A stretch of DNA of 64,000 bases, taken from positions 1,917,571 to 1,981,570 of the forward strand of contig OY970255.1 in assembly GCA_963715595.1 (NCBI GenBank), given 5' to 3'. The DNA comes from an uncultured Actinomycetota bacterium. GTDB taxonomy: Bacteria; Actinomycetota; Actinomycetes; Actinomycetales; CAWJMD01. The notes under the pieces are model-generated. The model saw only the letters and a program-made list of their open reading frames with translations. It did not search any database and was not told the DNA's origin. Below are positions 1 through 9,781 of this stretch, in pieces; within the stretch, counting starts at the first letter, position 1; the number at the start of each line of letters is the position of its first letter. A program made the position numbers and the translations under genes.

Positions 1-692
1 TCACCGGACGCCACGGCGGCACCGTCTGCACGTCGTCGAACGCGAGGACCGCTCTGACGTGGGCGTTCTCGCAGAGGACGCCCGACCGCGGCAAGGTGTT
101 CTTCCTGCCCGACCAGCACCTCGGCCGCAACACCGCGGTGCGCGAGATGGGCTTCTCGCTCGAGGACTGCGTGGTCTACGACCCGCACAAGCCGGGCGGC
201 GGCCTGACCCGGCAGCAGCTGCAGGACGCGCGGATGATCCTGTGGCGCGGGCACTGCAGCGTGCACGGACGGTTCTCGCTCCAGAACGTGCTCGACGCAC
301 GCGCCGCGCGGCCGGACGTGAACGTGCTGGTGCACCCCGAGTGCACGCACGAGGTGGTCGAGGCCGCCGACCAGGTGGGGTCGACCGAGTTCATCATCAG
401 GGCCCTCGACGCCGCTCCCGCCGGCAGCAGCTGGGTCGTCGGCACCGAGCTGAACCTGGTGCGCCGCCTGGCCTCCCAGCACCCCGACAAGGAGGTGCTG
501 TTCCTCGACAAGACGGTCTGCTTCTGCTCGACCATGAACCGGATCGACCTGCCGCACCTGGTCTGGTCGCTGGAGTCGCTGGCCGCCGGCCGGGTGGTGA
601 ACCGCATCGTGGTCGACCCCGACGTCGCGCACTGGGCGCGGGTCGCGCTCGACCAGATGCTCGCGCTCCCCGGCGAGACCAGCAAGGACTGA
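1..692 (+). CDS. nadA: Quinolinate synthase NadA, 5' truncated by the window edge
   Basis: Frame 3 is open from base 3: GGTVCTSSNA...FFLPDQHLGRNT...WRGHCSVH...VHPEC...GSTEFI...VGTELNLV...CFCSTMNRID, all NadA motifs. Confidence 0.95.
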   Translation, partial: TGRHGGTVCTSSNARTALTWAFSQRTPDRGKVFFLPDQHLGRNTAVREMGFSLEDCVVYDPHKPGGGLTRQQLQDARMILWRGHCSVHGRFSLQNVLDARAARPDVNVLVHPECTHEVVEAADQVGSTEFIIRALDAAPAGSSWVVGTELNLVRRLASQHPDKEVLFLDKTVCFCSTMNRIDLPHLVWSLESLAAGRVVNRIVVDPDVAHWARVALDQMLALPGETSKD

Positions 693-706
693 CCGGGGAC
701 GACCCC

Positions 707-1909
707 GTGGACGACCTGCTGCTGCGCCACGCGCGCGTGCTCGACCCCGTGACCGGGACCTACGACGAGACCGACCTGCGGATCGCCGAGGGGGAGGTCG
801 TCGAGACCGGCGACCGGCTCGCCGCCGACGTGCGCACGATCGACCTCCGCGGGGCCCACGTGCTGCCCGGCCTGGTCGACTGCCACGCCCACGTCGTCGC
901 CGCGAGCGCCGACCTGTCCGAGCTGCGCACGTGGTCGCGGTCGTACCTGGCGTTCCGCACCGCGCAGAACATGGGCGCGATGCTCGACCGCGGCTTCACC
1001 ACGGTGCGCGACCTCGGCGGCGCCGACCACGGGATGGCCCGCGCGCAGGCCGAGGGCCTCGTCCGGGGGCCGCGGCTGCACTTCTGCGGCCAGCCGCTGA
1101 GCCAGACCGGCGGGCACGGCGACGACCGCGACCCCGACGACCACCACTGCTGGACGACCGGCGTCAGCCGGGTGGCCGACGGCGTCGACGCGGTCCGCCG
1201 GGCGGCCCGCGACGAGCTGCGCAAGGGCGCCCACCACATCAAGGTGATGGCGTCCGGCGGTGTCGCCTCGCCGACCGACCGGATCGACTCCACCCAGTAC
1301 TCGATGGACGAGCTGGTCGCCGTCGTCGAGGAGGCCGAGGCAGCGAACCGCTACGTGGCGGCGCACGCCTACACCGTGCGGGCCGTCGAGCGGGCGCTGC
1401 GCGCGGGGGTGCGCTCGATCGAGCACGCCAACCTGATCGACGAGTCCGTCGTCCCGCTCTTCCGCGAGCGCGAGGCGTTCGTGGTGATGAACCTGGTGAC
1501 CTACCGCGCCCTGCAGGACGAGGGGCGCGAGGTCGGCCTGCCCGAGGCGTCGTGGCGCAAGGTCGCCGAGGTGCTCGACGGCGGCTACCGCGCGCTCGAG
1601 CTGGCGCACCGGGAGGGCCTGCGGCTCTGCTACGGCACCGACCTGCTCGGGCCGATGCAGCGGCACCAGAGCGAGGAGCTCGTCATCCGCGGCGAGGTGC
1701 AGCCGGCGATCGACGTGATCCGCTCGGCGACGACGACCGCGGCCGAGCTGCTCGACCGGGTCGGTCGCGTCGGGACGCTGCGGACGGGCGCCCTCGGCGA
1801 CCTCGTGGTGGTCGACGCCGACCCGCTCGAGGACCTCGCCGTCCTCACCCGTCCGGCGTCGATGCCGTACGTCGTGCAGGGCGGCCGGGTCGTGGTCGAC
1901 CGCACCTAG
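707..1909 (+). CDS. Metal-dependent amidohydrolase (Xaa-Pro dipeptidase/prolidase-like subgroup)
   Basis: GTG at 707; motifs LPGLVDCHAH, GFTTVRDLGG, IKVMASGGVASPTD, AAHAY, SIEH, YGTDLLG. Confidence 0.9.
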   Translation: MDDLLLRHARVLDPVTGTYDETDLRIAEGEVVETGDRLAADVRTIDLRGAHVLPGLVDCHAHVVAASADLSELRTWSRSYLAFRTAQNMGAMLDRGFTTVRDLGGADHGMARAQAEGLVRGPRLHFCGQPLSQTGGHGDDRDPDDHHCWTTGVSRVADGVDAVRRAARDELRKGAHHIKVMASGGVASPTDRIDSTQYSMDELVAVVEEAEAANRYVAAHAYTVRAVERALRAGVRSIEHANLIDESVVPLFREREAFVVMNLVTYRALQDEGREVGLPEASWRKVAEVLDGGYRALELAHREGLRLCYGTDLLGPMQRHQSEELVIRGEVQPAIDVIRSATTTAAELLDRVGRVGTLRTGALGDLVVVDADPLEDLAVLTRPASMPYVVQGGRVVVDRT

Positions 1910-3280
1910 GACGACCCGTCCGCCAGGCCGGTCAGCAGCAGCACCTCGGCCACGCAGGCGCGCTCGAGCACCTCCAGCGGCACCGACTCGTCGACGCCGT
2001 GGGCGCGGGCGTCGGGGTCCTTGACCGCGGTGAGCAGCATCTCGGCGTCCGGGAACGCCTCGGCGAGCATCGCCACGACCGGTACCGACCCGCCCATGCC
2101 CTGCAGCACCGGCTCGGCGCCGTCCCAGGCGTCCGACAGCGACGACGAGCGCGGCCGCGAAGGCGGGCCCGTCGGTGCGGGCCGCGAACGGGGTGGCGGT
2201 GGCACCGCGGGTCAGGCGCACCTCGGCGCCGAACGGCGGGTCGGCGCTCAGGTGCGCGCGCACCGCCTCGAAGGCCGCCTCCGGGTCCTGGCCCGGCGCC
2301 AGCCGCACCGTGATGCGCGCGGTGGTCGAGGGCAGCAGGGTGTTCGACGCCCGCGCCACCGTGGGCACGTCGATGCCCGTCACCGTCGCCGACGGCCGCG
2401 CCCAGACGCGGGCTGCCACCGACCCCGAGCCCGTGAGGTGCACGCCGTCCGGGACGCCGGTGTGGGCGCGGAACACCTCCTCCGGGTACTCGACCGCCGG
2501 GTCGGGGGCCGTCACCAGGCCGGGCACGGCGACGGAGCCGTCGGCGTCCCAGAGCCGGTCGAGCAGCCGCACCAGCGCGGTGACCGCGTCGGGGGCGGCG
2601 CCGCCGTACGAGCCCGAGTGCAGACCGTGGTCGAGGGTGCGCACGTGCAGGTCGACGACGAGCAGGCCGCGCAGGCTGACCGTCAGCGAGGGGCGGTCGA
2701 GCGCCCAGTTGGTGGCGTCGGCGACGACCACGACGTCGGCGGCGAGCAGGTCGGCGTGGCGCTCGAGCAGGTCGGCGAACGAGGGCGAGCCGATCTCCTC
2801 CTCGCCCTCGACCAGCACGACGAGGCCGACGCCGTCGTCGGGACCCCACGTGGGCAGCAGCGTCCGCAGCGCCACGAGGTGGGCGACCACGCCGCCCTTG
2901 TCGTCGCCGGTGCCGCGCCCGAAGAGCCGACCGTCACGCTCGGTCGGCTCGAACGGCGCCGTCGTCCAGAGGTTCTCGTCACCGGGGGGCTGCACGTCCT
3001 GGTGGGCGTACAGCAGCACGGTCGGTCGTCCGGGCGGTGCCGGACGGCGACCCACGACGGCCGGGGCGCCGGGGCCGCCGTCGGCCGTGCTGCCGGTCAG
3101 CAGCTGCACGTCGTCGAGCCCAGCACCCTCCAGCAGGGCGGCGACGGCCTCGGCGCCGGCCTGCACGTGCGCCTGGTCGAAGGCCGCGGCCGACACCGAC
3201 GGGATGCGGACGAGGTCGTCGAGATCGGTTCTGGCGCGAGCCATCTGGTCGCGGACGGCGGCACGCGCGTCGACGCTCAC
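1906..3280 (-). CDS. M20/M25/M40 family dipeptidase, copy 2 (apparent frameshift near 2147)
   Basis: LVRIPSVS, TVLLYAHQDVQP, GRGTGDDKGG, EGEEEIGS, HSGSYGG; the C-terminus GMGGSVP...AHGVDES is in another frame. GTG start overlaps the stop of copy 1. Confidence 0.88.
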
Positions 3281-4656
3281 TCGGCGTCGCCCGCCAGCCG
3301 CGACAGCAGCAGCACCTCGGCCAGGCACGCCTTCTCGAACACGCCGAGGTGCAGGCTCTCGTCGTACCCGTGCGCCTGGGTGTGCGGGTCCTCGACGCCG
3401 GTGACGAGGACGGTGGCCTGCGGGAAGACCTCGACGAAGTCGGCGATGAACGGGATCGAGCCGCCGATCCCCTGCTCGACGACGCGGGCGCCGTCCCACG
3501 CCTCGCCGAGCGCCCACCGGGCGGCGTCGTACACGGGGCCGTCGACGTCGCCGGCGAACGGCTTGCCGAGCTCCTTGCGGGTCACCGTGACGCGGGCGCC
3601 GAACGGCGGGTCGGTCACCAGGTGCCGCTCGAGCGCCTCGTACGCCTGCTGCGGGTCCTCGCCCGGCGCCACGCGCATCGACAGCTTCGCGCGGACGGTG
3701 GGCTGCAGCGTGTTCGACGCGTGCGCGACCGACGGGGCGTCGACCCCGGTGACGGTGACCGACGGCGCGGTCCACATCCGCTCCAGGATCGACCCGGTGC
3801 CGACGAGCGAGACGCCGTCGAGCAGGCCGGACTCCTCGCGCAGCCGCGCCTCGTCGTAGTCGAGGTCGGCGGCACCGGTGCGCACCAGGCCGGCGACGGC
3901 CAGCGAGCCGTCGGCGTCCCACAGCCGAGCGAGCAGCGTGAGCGTCGCCAGCATCGCGTCCGGCGCGACCCCGCCGTACATGCCCGAGTGCACGGCCGCG
4001 CGCAGGGTGCTGACCTCGACGTCGGCCTCGACCAGGCCTCGCAGGGTGGTGGTCAGCGAGGGGGTGTCGACGTCCCAGTTGTCGGAGTCGGCGACCACGA
4101 TCACGTCGGCCTCGAGCAGGTCGCGGTAGCGGGTGAGGAAGTCGGTGAACGACGGCGACCCCGACTCCTCCTCGCCCTCGACGAACACCACGACGCCGAC
4201 CCCGTCGTCGGGTCCCCAGGTCGGGAGCAGCGTGCGCAGCGCGGCGACGTGGGCCATCACCCCGGCCTTGTCGTCGGCGGTGCCGCGGCCGTACAGCCGG
4301 CCGTCCCGCTCGGTCGGCTCGAACGCCGGGCTCGCCCAGTCCTCCTCGCGGCCGGGCGGTTGCACGTCGTGGTGCGCGTACAGCAGGACCGTCGGCCGTC
4401 CGGCGGGCGCGGCGCGGCGCGCGACCACGGCGGGCGCGCCGTCCGAGCCGTCGGGACGGCTCGCGCGCAGCACCTGCACGTCGTCGAGGCCCACCTCGCG
4501 CAGCAGGCCGGCCACCGCGTCGGCGCTCGCCTGCACGTGCGCCTGGTCGAAGGCCGCCGCCGAGACGCTCGGGATGCGCACGAGCCGCTCGAGGTCGGCG
4601 CGCACCCCCGGCAGCAGCGGCGTCAGGGCGGAACGGAGGGCAGCGACGTCGGTCAT
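3277..4656 (-). CDS. M20/M25/M40 family dipeptidase, copy 1
   Basis: 459 aa ORF; YAHHDVQP, GRGTADDKAG, EGEEESGS, HSGMYGG, GIGGSIPF, QAHGYDESLH. Confidence 0.93.
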   Translation of the reverse strand: MTDVAALRSALTPLLPGVRADLERLVRIPSVSAAAFDQAHVQASADAVAGLLREVGLDDVQVLRASRPDGSDGAPAVVARRAAPAGRPTVLLYAHHDVQPPGREEDWASPAFEPTERDGRLYGRGTADDKAGVMAHVAALRTLLPTWGPDDGVGVVVFVEGEEESGSPSFTDFLTRYRDLLEADVIVVADSDNWDVDTPSLTTTLRGLVEADVEVSTLRAAVHSGMYGGVAPDAMLATLTLLARLWDADGSLAVAGLVRTGAADLDYDEARLREESGLLDGVSLVGTGSILERMWTAPSVTVTGVDAPSVAHASNTLQPTVRAKLSMRVAPGEDPQQAYEALERHLVTDPPFGARVTVTRKELGKPFAGDVDGPVYDAARWALGEAWDGARVVEQGIGGSIPFIADFVEVFPQATVLVTGVEDPHTQAHGYDESLHLGVFEKACLAEVLLLSRLAGDAE

Positions 4657-4805
4657 CCCCGCAACCTAGCGCCGTCGCCGCGGGCGTCAGGGTCCACCCT
4701 GAGCCGACCCTGGGACCACCGCCGGCCGGGAGCGGACGGCGCCGCCGTCGCGTTCACTGGGGGACAGGCCGCACCGCGCGGCCGTCACCGAGGAGGTCGA
4801 CCACC

Positions 4806-5348
4806 GTGAGCCAGAACCCCCTGCCGGAGCACCAGGCGCCGCAGGCCCCGCAGCTCGACAAGGGGCAGGCACCGCAGGCCCCGCTCCCCCAGCCGGGTCC
4901 CCCGCAGCAGCACGGGCAGCAGCAGGCGGGTCCCCCGCAGTACGGGCAGCAGCCCGGCCACCAGCACCCCGGCCACCAGCAGCAGCCCGGCACGAGCGGC
5001 GACGAGCGCACGATGGCGGTGCTCGCGCACCTGTCGGCCCCGATCGCCGCCGTGGTCAGCGTCGGCTGGCTCAGCATGGTCGGACCGCTCGTGGTGTGGG
5101 TGATCTACAAGGACAGGGACCCGGTCGTGCGCCAGGCGGCGGCCGGCGCGTTCAACTTCAACCTCGCCTTCTGGCTGGTCTACCTGGTGTCGTGGATCCT
5201 GATCCTCACCGTGGTCGGCGCCGTCGTGGGCCTGCCCCTGCTGGTCGTCGGCTTCGTCGTGGCCGCCGTGTGCCACGTGATCGGCGCGGTGCGGGCCTCG
5301 CGCGGCGAGCCCTACCGGTACCCGTTCCAGATCCCCGTCCTGACCTGA
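4806..5348 (+). CDS. DUF4870 family membrane protein with Gln/Pro-rich N-terminus
   Basis: DERTMAVLAHLS...GPLVVWVIYKD...AFNFNL...GEPYRYPF pattern; GAGGAGG ribosome-binding site upstream. Confidence 0.85.
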   Translation: MSQNPLPEHQAPQAPQLDKGQAPQAPLPQPGPPQQHGQQQAGPPQYGQQPGHQHPGHQQQPGTSGDERTMAVLAHLSAPIAAVVSVGWLSMVGPLVVWVIYKDRDPVVRQAAAGAFNFNLAFWLVYLVSWILILTVVGAVVGLPLLVVGFVVAAVCHVIGAVRASRGEPYRYPFQIPVLT

Positions 5349-5372
5349 CCCGGCGGGGCTGACGCGAGCAGC

Positions 5373-5412
5373 GGACGGGGGTCGGGCGCCGGTCGGGGCC
5401 CGGCCCCCGTCC
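5373..5412 (+). terminator. GC-rich hairpin, probable intrinsic terminator
   Basis: ggacgggggtcgggc...gcccggcccccgtcc inverted repeat after the DUF4870 stop. Confidence 0.55.
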
Positions 5413-5427
5413 CGTTAGGGTGGACGC

Positions 5428-6033
5428 GTGTTCGGACGGAAGAAGCAGGTGCAGGAGCCGGAGCGCGCGGTCGTCCCGGAGCGCCCTGGCGCCAAGAACC
5501 GTCCGACGCCCAAGCGGCGCGAGGTCGAGGCGGCGCGCAAGCGGCCGCTCGTCGTCGCCGACCGCAAGGCGGCGACCAAGGCCGACCGGGCGAAGGTGCG
5601 CCAGGAGCGGCTGAAGCAGCGCGAGGCCCTGGTCACCGGCGACGAGGCGTACCTGCCGCTGCGCGACAAGGGCCCGCACCGCCGCTTCGTCCGCGACGTC
5701 GTCGACGCCCGCTGGAACCTCGGCGAGTGGTACCTGGTGCTCGCGATGGTCGCGGTGGTGCTGGTGCTGCTGCCCGGCCTGCTCGGGCTCGACCAGACGC
5801 TGATGTTCCAGCTGCAGACCTACTCCACGCTCGTGCTGTGGGGCACGGTGCTGCTGTGCGTGTTCGACGCCTACCTGCTGTCGCGGCTGACGAAGCGGAA
5901 GATGCGCGAGCGCTTCGGCGACGACGTGCAGACCCGCGGCCACGTGTCGTACGGCGTGCTGCGCGCGTTCCAGATCCGGCGCTGGCGGCTGCCGAAGCCG
6001 CAGGTGGCGCGAGGCCAGGAGCCCCGCCCGTAG
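5428..6033 (+). CDS. DUF3043 family membrane protein
   Basis: KNRPTPKRREVEAA...GDEAYLPLRDKGP...VRDVVDARWN...RRWRLPKPQV. Confidence 0.9.
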   Translation: MFGRKKQVQEPERAVVPERPGAKNRPTPKRREVEAARKRPLVVADRKAATKADRAKVRQERLKQREALVTGDEAYLPLRDKGPHRRFVRDVVDARWNLGEWYLVLAMVAVVLVLLPGLLGLDQTLMFQLQTYSTLVLWGTVLLCVFDAYLLSRLTKRKMRERFGDDVQTRGHVSYGVLRAFQIRRWRLPKPQVARGQEPRP

Positions 6034-6035
6034 CC

Positions 6036-6803
6036 TCAGCCGCGGGCGGTCAGCACCACCGGGCCGTCGTCGGTGACCGCCACCGTGTGCTCGCTGTGCG
6101 CCCCGCGCGAGCCGTCGGCGCTGCGCAGCGTCCACCCGTCGGGGTCGGTCCAGATCTCGTCGGTGCCGGTCATGAACCACGGTTCGATCGCGATCACCAG
6201 GCCCGGACGGATCTTCATCCCCTTGCCCGCCACGCCGTCGTTGGCCACGTGGGGGTCGCCGTGCATGGTGCGACCGACGCCGTGCCCGCCGAACTGCAGG
6301 TTCACCCGGTAGCCGTCGGCCTTCGCGACCTCGCCGATGGCGGCCGACACGTCACCGAGCCGGTTGCCCACGCGCGTCACCTCGATCGCGGCGTCGAGCG
6401 CCCGCCGGGTGCAGTCGACGAGGCGCTGGTCCTCCTCGCGGGCGGTGCCGACCTGCACGGTGAGGGCGGAGTCGCAGACCCACCCGTCGACCGACGCCGC
6501 GAAGTCGACGCTGAGCAGGTCGCCGTCGACCAGCGCGTAGTCGTGCGGCAGCCCGTGCAGCACCGCGTCGTTCACCGACGTGCACAGCACCTTGCCGAAC
6601 GGCATCGCGCCGAAGCTGGGGTGGTAGTCGATGTAGCAGGACTCGGCGCCGCGGTCGCGGATCATCCGGTGCGCCAGGGCGTCGAGCTCGAGCAGGTTGA
6701 CCCCGACGTCGGCGGCCCCCTCCAGGGCGGTCAGCACCTCGGCCACGAAGCGGCCCGCGGGCCTCATCTGGTCGATCTCACGGGACGTCAGCAGCTCGAT
6801 CAC
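6036..6803 (-). CDS. map: Type I methionine aminopeptidase
   Basis: CTSVNDAVLHGLP, VDFAASVDGWVCDSA, GHGVGRTMH, IAIEP, AHSEHTVAVT. Confidence 0.93.
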   Translation of the reverse strand: MIELLTSREIDQMRPAGRFVAEVLTALEGAADVGVNLLELDALAHRMIRDRGAESCYIDYHPSFGAMPFGKVLCTSVNDAVLHGLPHDYALVDGDLLSVDFAASVDGWVCDSALTVQVGTAREEDQRLVDCTRRALDAAIEVTRVGNRLGDVSAAIGEVAKADGYRVNLQFGGHGVGRTMHGDPHVANDGVAGKGMKIRPGLVIAIEPWFMTGTDEIWTDPDGWTLRSADGSRGAHSEHTVAVTDDGPVVLTARG

Positions 6804-6861
6804 GCGTCCCACCCTACGGGCGCCCGCGCGCGCGCACCGACCCCGTCGTAGGGTCGAGGAC

Positions 6862-7872
6862 ATGGAATTCCGCTACCTCGGCAACTCGGGTCTCAAGATC
6901 TCCGAGATCACCTACGGCAACTGGCTGACGCACGGCTCGCAGGTCGAGAACGACATCGCGACCCAGTGCGTGCAGGCTGCGCTCGACGCCGGCATCAGCA
7001 CCTTCGACACCGCAGACGTGTACGCCAACACCAAGGCCGAGACCGTCCTCGGCGAGGCGCTCAAGGGCGAGCGGCGCGAGTCGCTCGAGATCTTCACCAA
7101 GGTCTACTGGCCGACGGGCCCGGGCGGCAAGAACGACACCGGCCTGTCGCGCAAGCACATCATGGAGTCGATCAACGGCTCGCTCACCCGCCTGCAGACC
7201 GACTACGTCGACCTGTACCAGGCGCACCGCTACGACACCGAGACCCCGCTCGAGGAGACGATGCAGGCGTTCGCCGACGTCGTCCGCCAGGGCAAGGCGC
7301 TGTACATCGGCGTCTCGGAGTGGACCGCCGACCAGATCCGCGAGGGCCACGCGCTCGCCAAGGAGCTCGGCGTCCAGCTGATCTCCTCCCAGCCCCAGTA
7401 CTCGATGCTGTGGCGCGTCATCGAGGACGAGGTCGTGCCGACCAGCCGCGAGCTCGGCATCTCCCAGATCGTCTGGTCGCCGATCGCCCAGGGCGTGCTG
7501 ACCGGCAAGTACAAGCCGGGTCAGGCCCCGCCCGAGGGCTCGCGCGCCACCGACGACAAGGGCGGCGCGAACATGATCAAGCGGTTCATGAACGACGACG
7601 TGCTCGGTGCCGTGCAGGAGCTGCAGCCGGTGGCCGACGAGGTCGGGCTGTCGATGGCCCAGCTCGCCATCGCCTGGGTGCTGCAGAACGACAACGTGGC
7701 CGCCGCGCTCGTCGGCGCCTCGCGTCCCGAGCAGGTGCACGACAACGTCAAGGCGGCGGGCGTGAAGCTCGAGGCCGACGTCATGACCAAGATCGACGAG
7801 GCCCTCGGTGGCGTCGTCGAGCGCGACCCGGGCAAGACCGCCGAGACGGCGCCCCAGACCCGCGTCGCCTGA
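6862..7872 (+). CDS. Aldo/keto reductase (Kv-beta-like)
   Basis: MEFRYLGNSGLKISEITYGNW, FDTADVY, DYVDLYQAHRYD, YIGVSEW, WSPIAQGVLTGKY. Confidence 0.95.
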   Translation: MEFRYLGNSGLKISEITYGNWLTHGSQVENDIATQCVQAALDAGISTFDTADVYANTKAETVLGEALKGERRESLEIFTKVYWPTGPGGKNDTGLSRKHIMESINGSLTRLQTDYVDLYQAHRYDTETPLEETMQAFADVVRQGKALYIGVSEWTADQIREGHALAKELGVQLISSQPQYSMLWRVIEDEVVPTSRELGISQIVWSPIAQGVLTGKYKPGQAPPEGSRATDDKGGANMIKRFMNDDVLGAVQELQPVADEVGLSMAQLAIAWVLQNDNVAAALVGASRPEQVHDNVKAAGVKLEADVMTKIDEALGGVVERDPGKTAETAPQTRVA

Positions 7873-7914
7873 GCAGGGTCACGACCCGCGTCGCCTGACC
7901 CCCACGCGTTCCCG

Positions 7915-7944
7915 CCGGCCCGTCCCCTCCCGGGGGCGGGCCGG
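7915..7944. terminator. Hairpin between convergent genes
   Basis: ccggcccgtcccc-tccc-gggggcgggccgg. Confidence 0.55.
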
Positions 7945-8066
7945 TCGTCCCGGCGCCTCGCTCGGCGTCCCCGGGCCACCACCGGGCGCTCGAGTGGGCA
8001 CCTGGTGCACGACACACCGGGCGTGTCGCGCCGAGGAGTCACACTCGGCGTCCCGGGCCGCCGCGC

Positions 8067-8285
8067 CTACTGCGCCGGGTGCAGCGGCATCGGGCCGTAG
8101 ACCATCGCGCCGTCCTCGAGCAGCGTGACGGAGTCGACGCCCTCGGCGAGCAGGCCCCGCCACGACTCCCCCACCCAGGTCTCGGCGTCGGCCTGGGTGC
8201 CGAACCCGCCCGGGGCGGCGCCCGGCGGCTGCACCGGCTGCCCCTCGGCGTCGGCGTACGTCCACGTCCACGGCGCTGCGTCCAT
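8067..8285 (-). CDS. Small conserved actinobacterial hypothetical protein
   Basis: WTWTY...FGTQADAETWVGESWRGLLAEGVDSVTLLED...VYGPMPL; TACGGT -10-like box just before the ATG. Confidence 0.75.
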   Translation of the reverse strand: MDAAPWTWTYADAEGQPVQPPGAAPGGFGTQADAETWVGESWRGLLAEGVDSVTLLEDGAMVYGPMPLHPAQ

Positions 8286-8309
8286 ACCCCTCACCGTAGG
8301 TCCGGCCGC

Positions 8310-8663
8310 TCACAGGTCGGGCTTCGCCCCGATCCGGCGCAGCTCCTGCGGCCAGCCGCACCCCTCGGCGACCCGCCCGGCCCAGTACTTCGCCGCCTCC
8401 TCGTCGGGCACGTCGATGACGGTGAAACCCCCCAGGAACTCGGTGGTCTCGACGTAGGGACCCTCGGTGACCACCACCTCGCCGCTGGTCGCGTCGGCCG
8501 CGTGGACCGGGGCGCCCTCCTCCAGGCCGCCGGCGTACACGTAGACGCCGGCCTCCGTCATCTCGTGGATGACCGCCATGCTGGGACGCACCCGACCCAG
8601 GAACCACTCCTGGCTGTGCTCGCCGACCCACTGCTGGTTGAAGTAGATGAGGTACTCGGCCAC
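8310..8663 (-). CDS. YciI/DGPF family protein
   Basis: YLIYFNQQWV...AGVYVYAGGL...VTEGPYVETTEFLGGFTVIDV...AKYWAGRVAEGCGWPQELR; GGAGGAG RBS upstream. Confidence 0.88.
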   Translation of the reverse strand: MAEYLIYFNQQWVGEHSQEWFLGRVRPSMAVIHEMTEAGVYVYAGGLEEGAPVHAADATSGEVVVTEGPYVETTEFLGGFTVIDVPDEEAAKYWAGRVAEGCGWPQELRRIGAKPDL

Positions 8664-8782
8664 GACGTCTCCTCCGCTGCGGACGGGCCCGCTGCCCGCC
8701 TCCACCTCGATGACGGCCCGCCGGCCGCCGGATCGACACGATCCTGCCCGCTGGACGGCCTGCCTGCTGCGACGATGGGCCG

Positions 8783-9781
8783 GTGCAGCCCGTCGACGAC
8801 CCCGTGAGCACCGCCGAGCGGTACCGCCGGTTCGCCCGCGTCGAGGCCGCGGGCATGTCGCCCACCTACGAGGCGCTGGCGCTCGCCGTGGCCGACGACC
8901 CGCGCGTGCTGGCGCTGCTCGGTCGCGTCGAGCAGCACCAGCAGCAGCCGAACCTGCTGTTCGGCGCGATGCGGCTGCTCGGCGCCCCGGTCGACGACCC
9001 GGTGGCGGCCCTCGACCGGGTGCTCGCGCACCCCGACGAGGTGCTCGAGGTGCTGCGGACGCGGTTCACCCAGACCAACGAGGCCGGCCGGTGCGCCCTG
9101 CTGCTGCCGGCCCTGACGGCGCTCGCCGCCGACGGGCCGGTCGCGCTGGTCGAGCTGGGGGCGAGCGCGGGGCTGTGCCTGCTGACCGACCGGTACCGCT
9201 ACGCGTACACCCGGCGCGACGGCACCGCGCACGGGCTCGGCCCGGTCGCCGGCCCGGTGCTCGACTGCGAGGTGCGCGACGACCTCCCGCTGCCCGACCG
9301 GCTGCCCGAGATCGCCTGGCGCGCAGGGCTCGACCGCAACCCGCTCGACCCCGCCGACGCCGACGACCGGCGCTGGCTGCGGGCGCTGGTGTGGCCCGAG
9401 CACGCCGACCGCCGGGCCCGCCTCGACGCCGCCCTGGAGGCGGCCGCGCCGGACCCGCCGCGGGTCGTCCGCGGCGACGTCGGCGACGACCTGGCCGACC
9501 TGCTGCGCCAGGTGCCCGACGGCACCACGACCGTCGTCACCCACACCGCCGTGCTGGCCTACGTCGCGCCGCAGGTGCGCGAGCGGGTGCGGACGACGTG
9601 CCGCGAGGCGGGCGCCTGGCGGCTCGGCGCCGAGGGTCGCGACGTGCTCCCCGACCTGGCCGTGCCGCCCGCCGACCCGTCAGCCTTCGCGGTCTCCGTC
9701 GGCCACCCGGACGGCACCGACGAGGTCGTCGCGCTGGCCCAGCCCCACGGCCGCTGGCTCGAGCGTCGGCTCAGCCCCTGA
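8783..9781 (+). CDS. DUF2332 family protein
   Basis: SPTYEALA...QQPNLLFGA...TQTNEAGRCA...ELGASAGLCL...GLDRNPLD...WLRALVWPEH. Confidence 0.88.
   Translation: MQPVDDPVSTAERYRRFARVEAAGMSPTYEALALAVADDPRVLALLGRVEQHQQQPNLLFGAMRLLGAPVDDPVAALDRVLAHPDEVLEVLRTRFTQTNEAGRCALLLPALTALAADGPVALVELGASAGLCLLTDRYRYAYTRRDGTAHGLGPVAGPVLDCEVRDDLPLPDRLPEIAWRAGLDRNPLDPADADDRRWLRALVWPEHADRRARLDAALEAAAPDPPRVVRGDVGDDLADLLRQVPDGTTTVVTHTAVLAYVAPQVRERVRTTCREAGAWRLGAEGRDVLPDLAVPPADPSAFAVSVGHPDGTDEVVALAQPHGRWLERRLSP

Noticed and set aside
4830-4990. CAG-rich repeats in the DUF4870 gene
   Set aside because: Ordinary Gln/Pro-rich low-complexity leader, common in this family.
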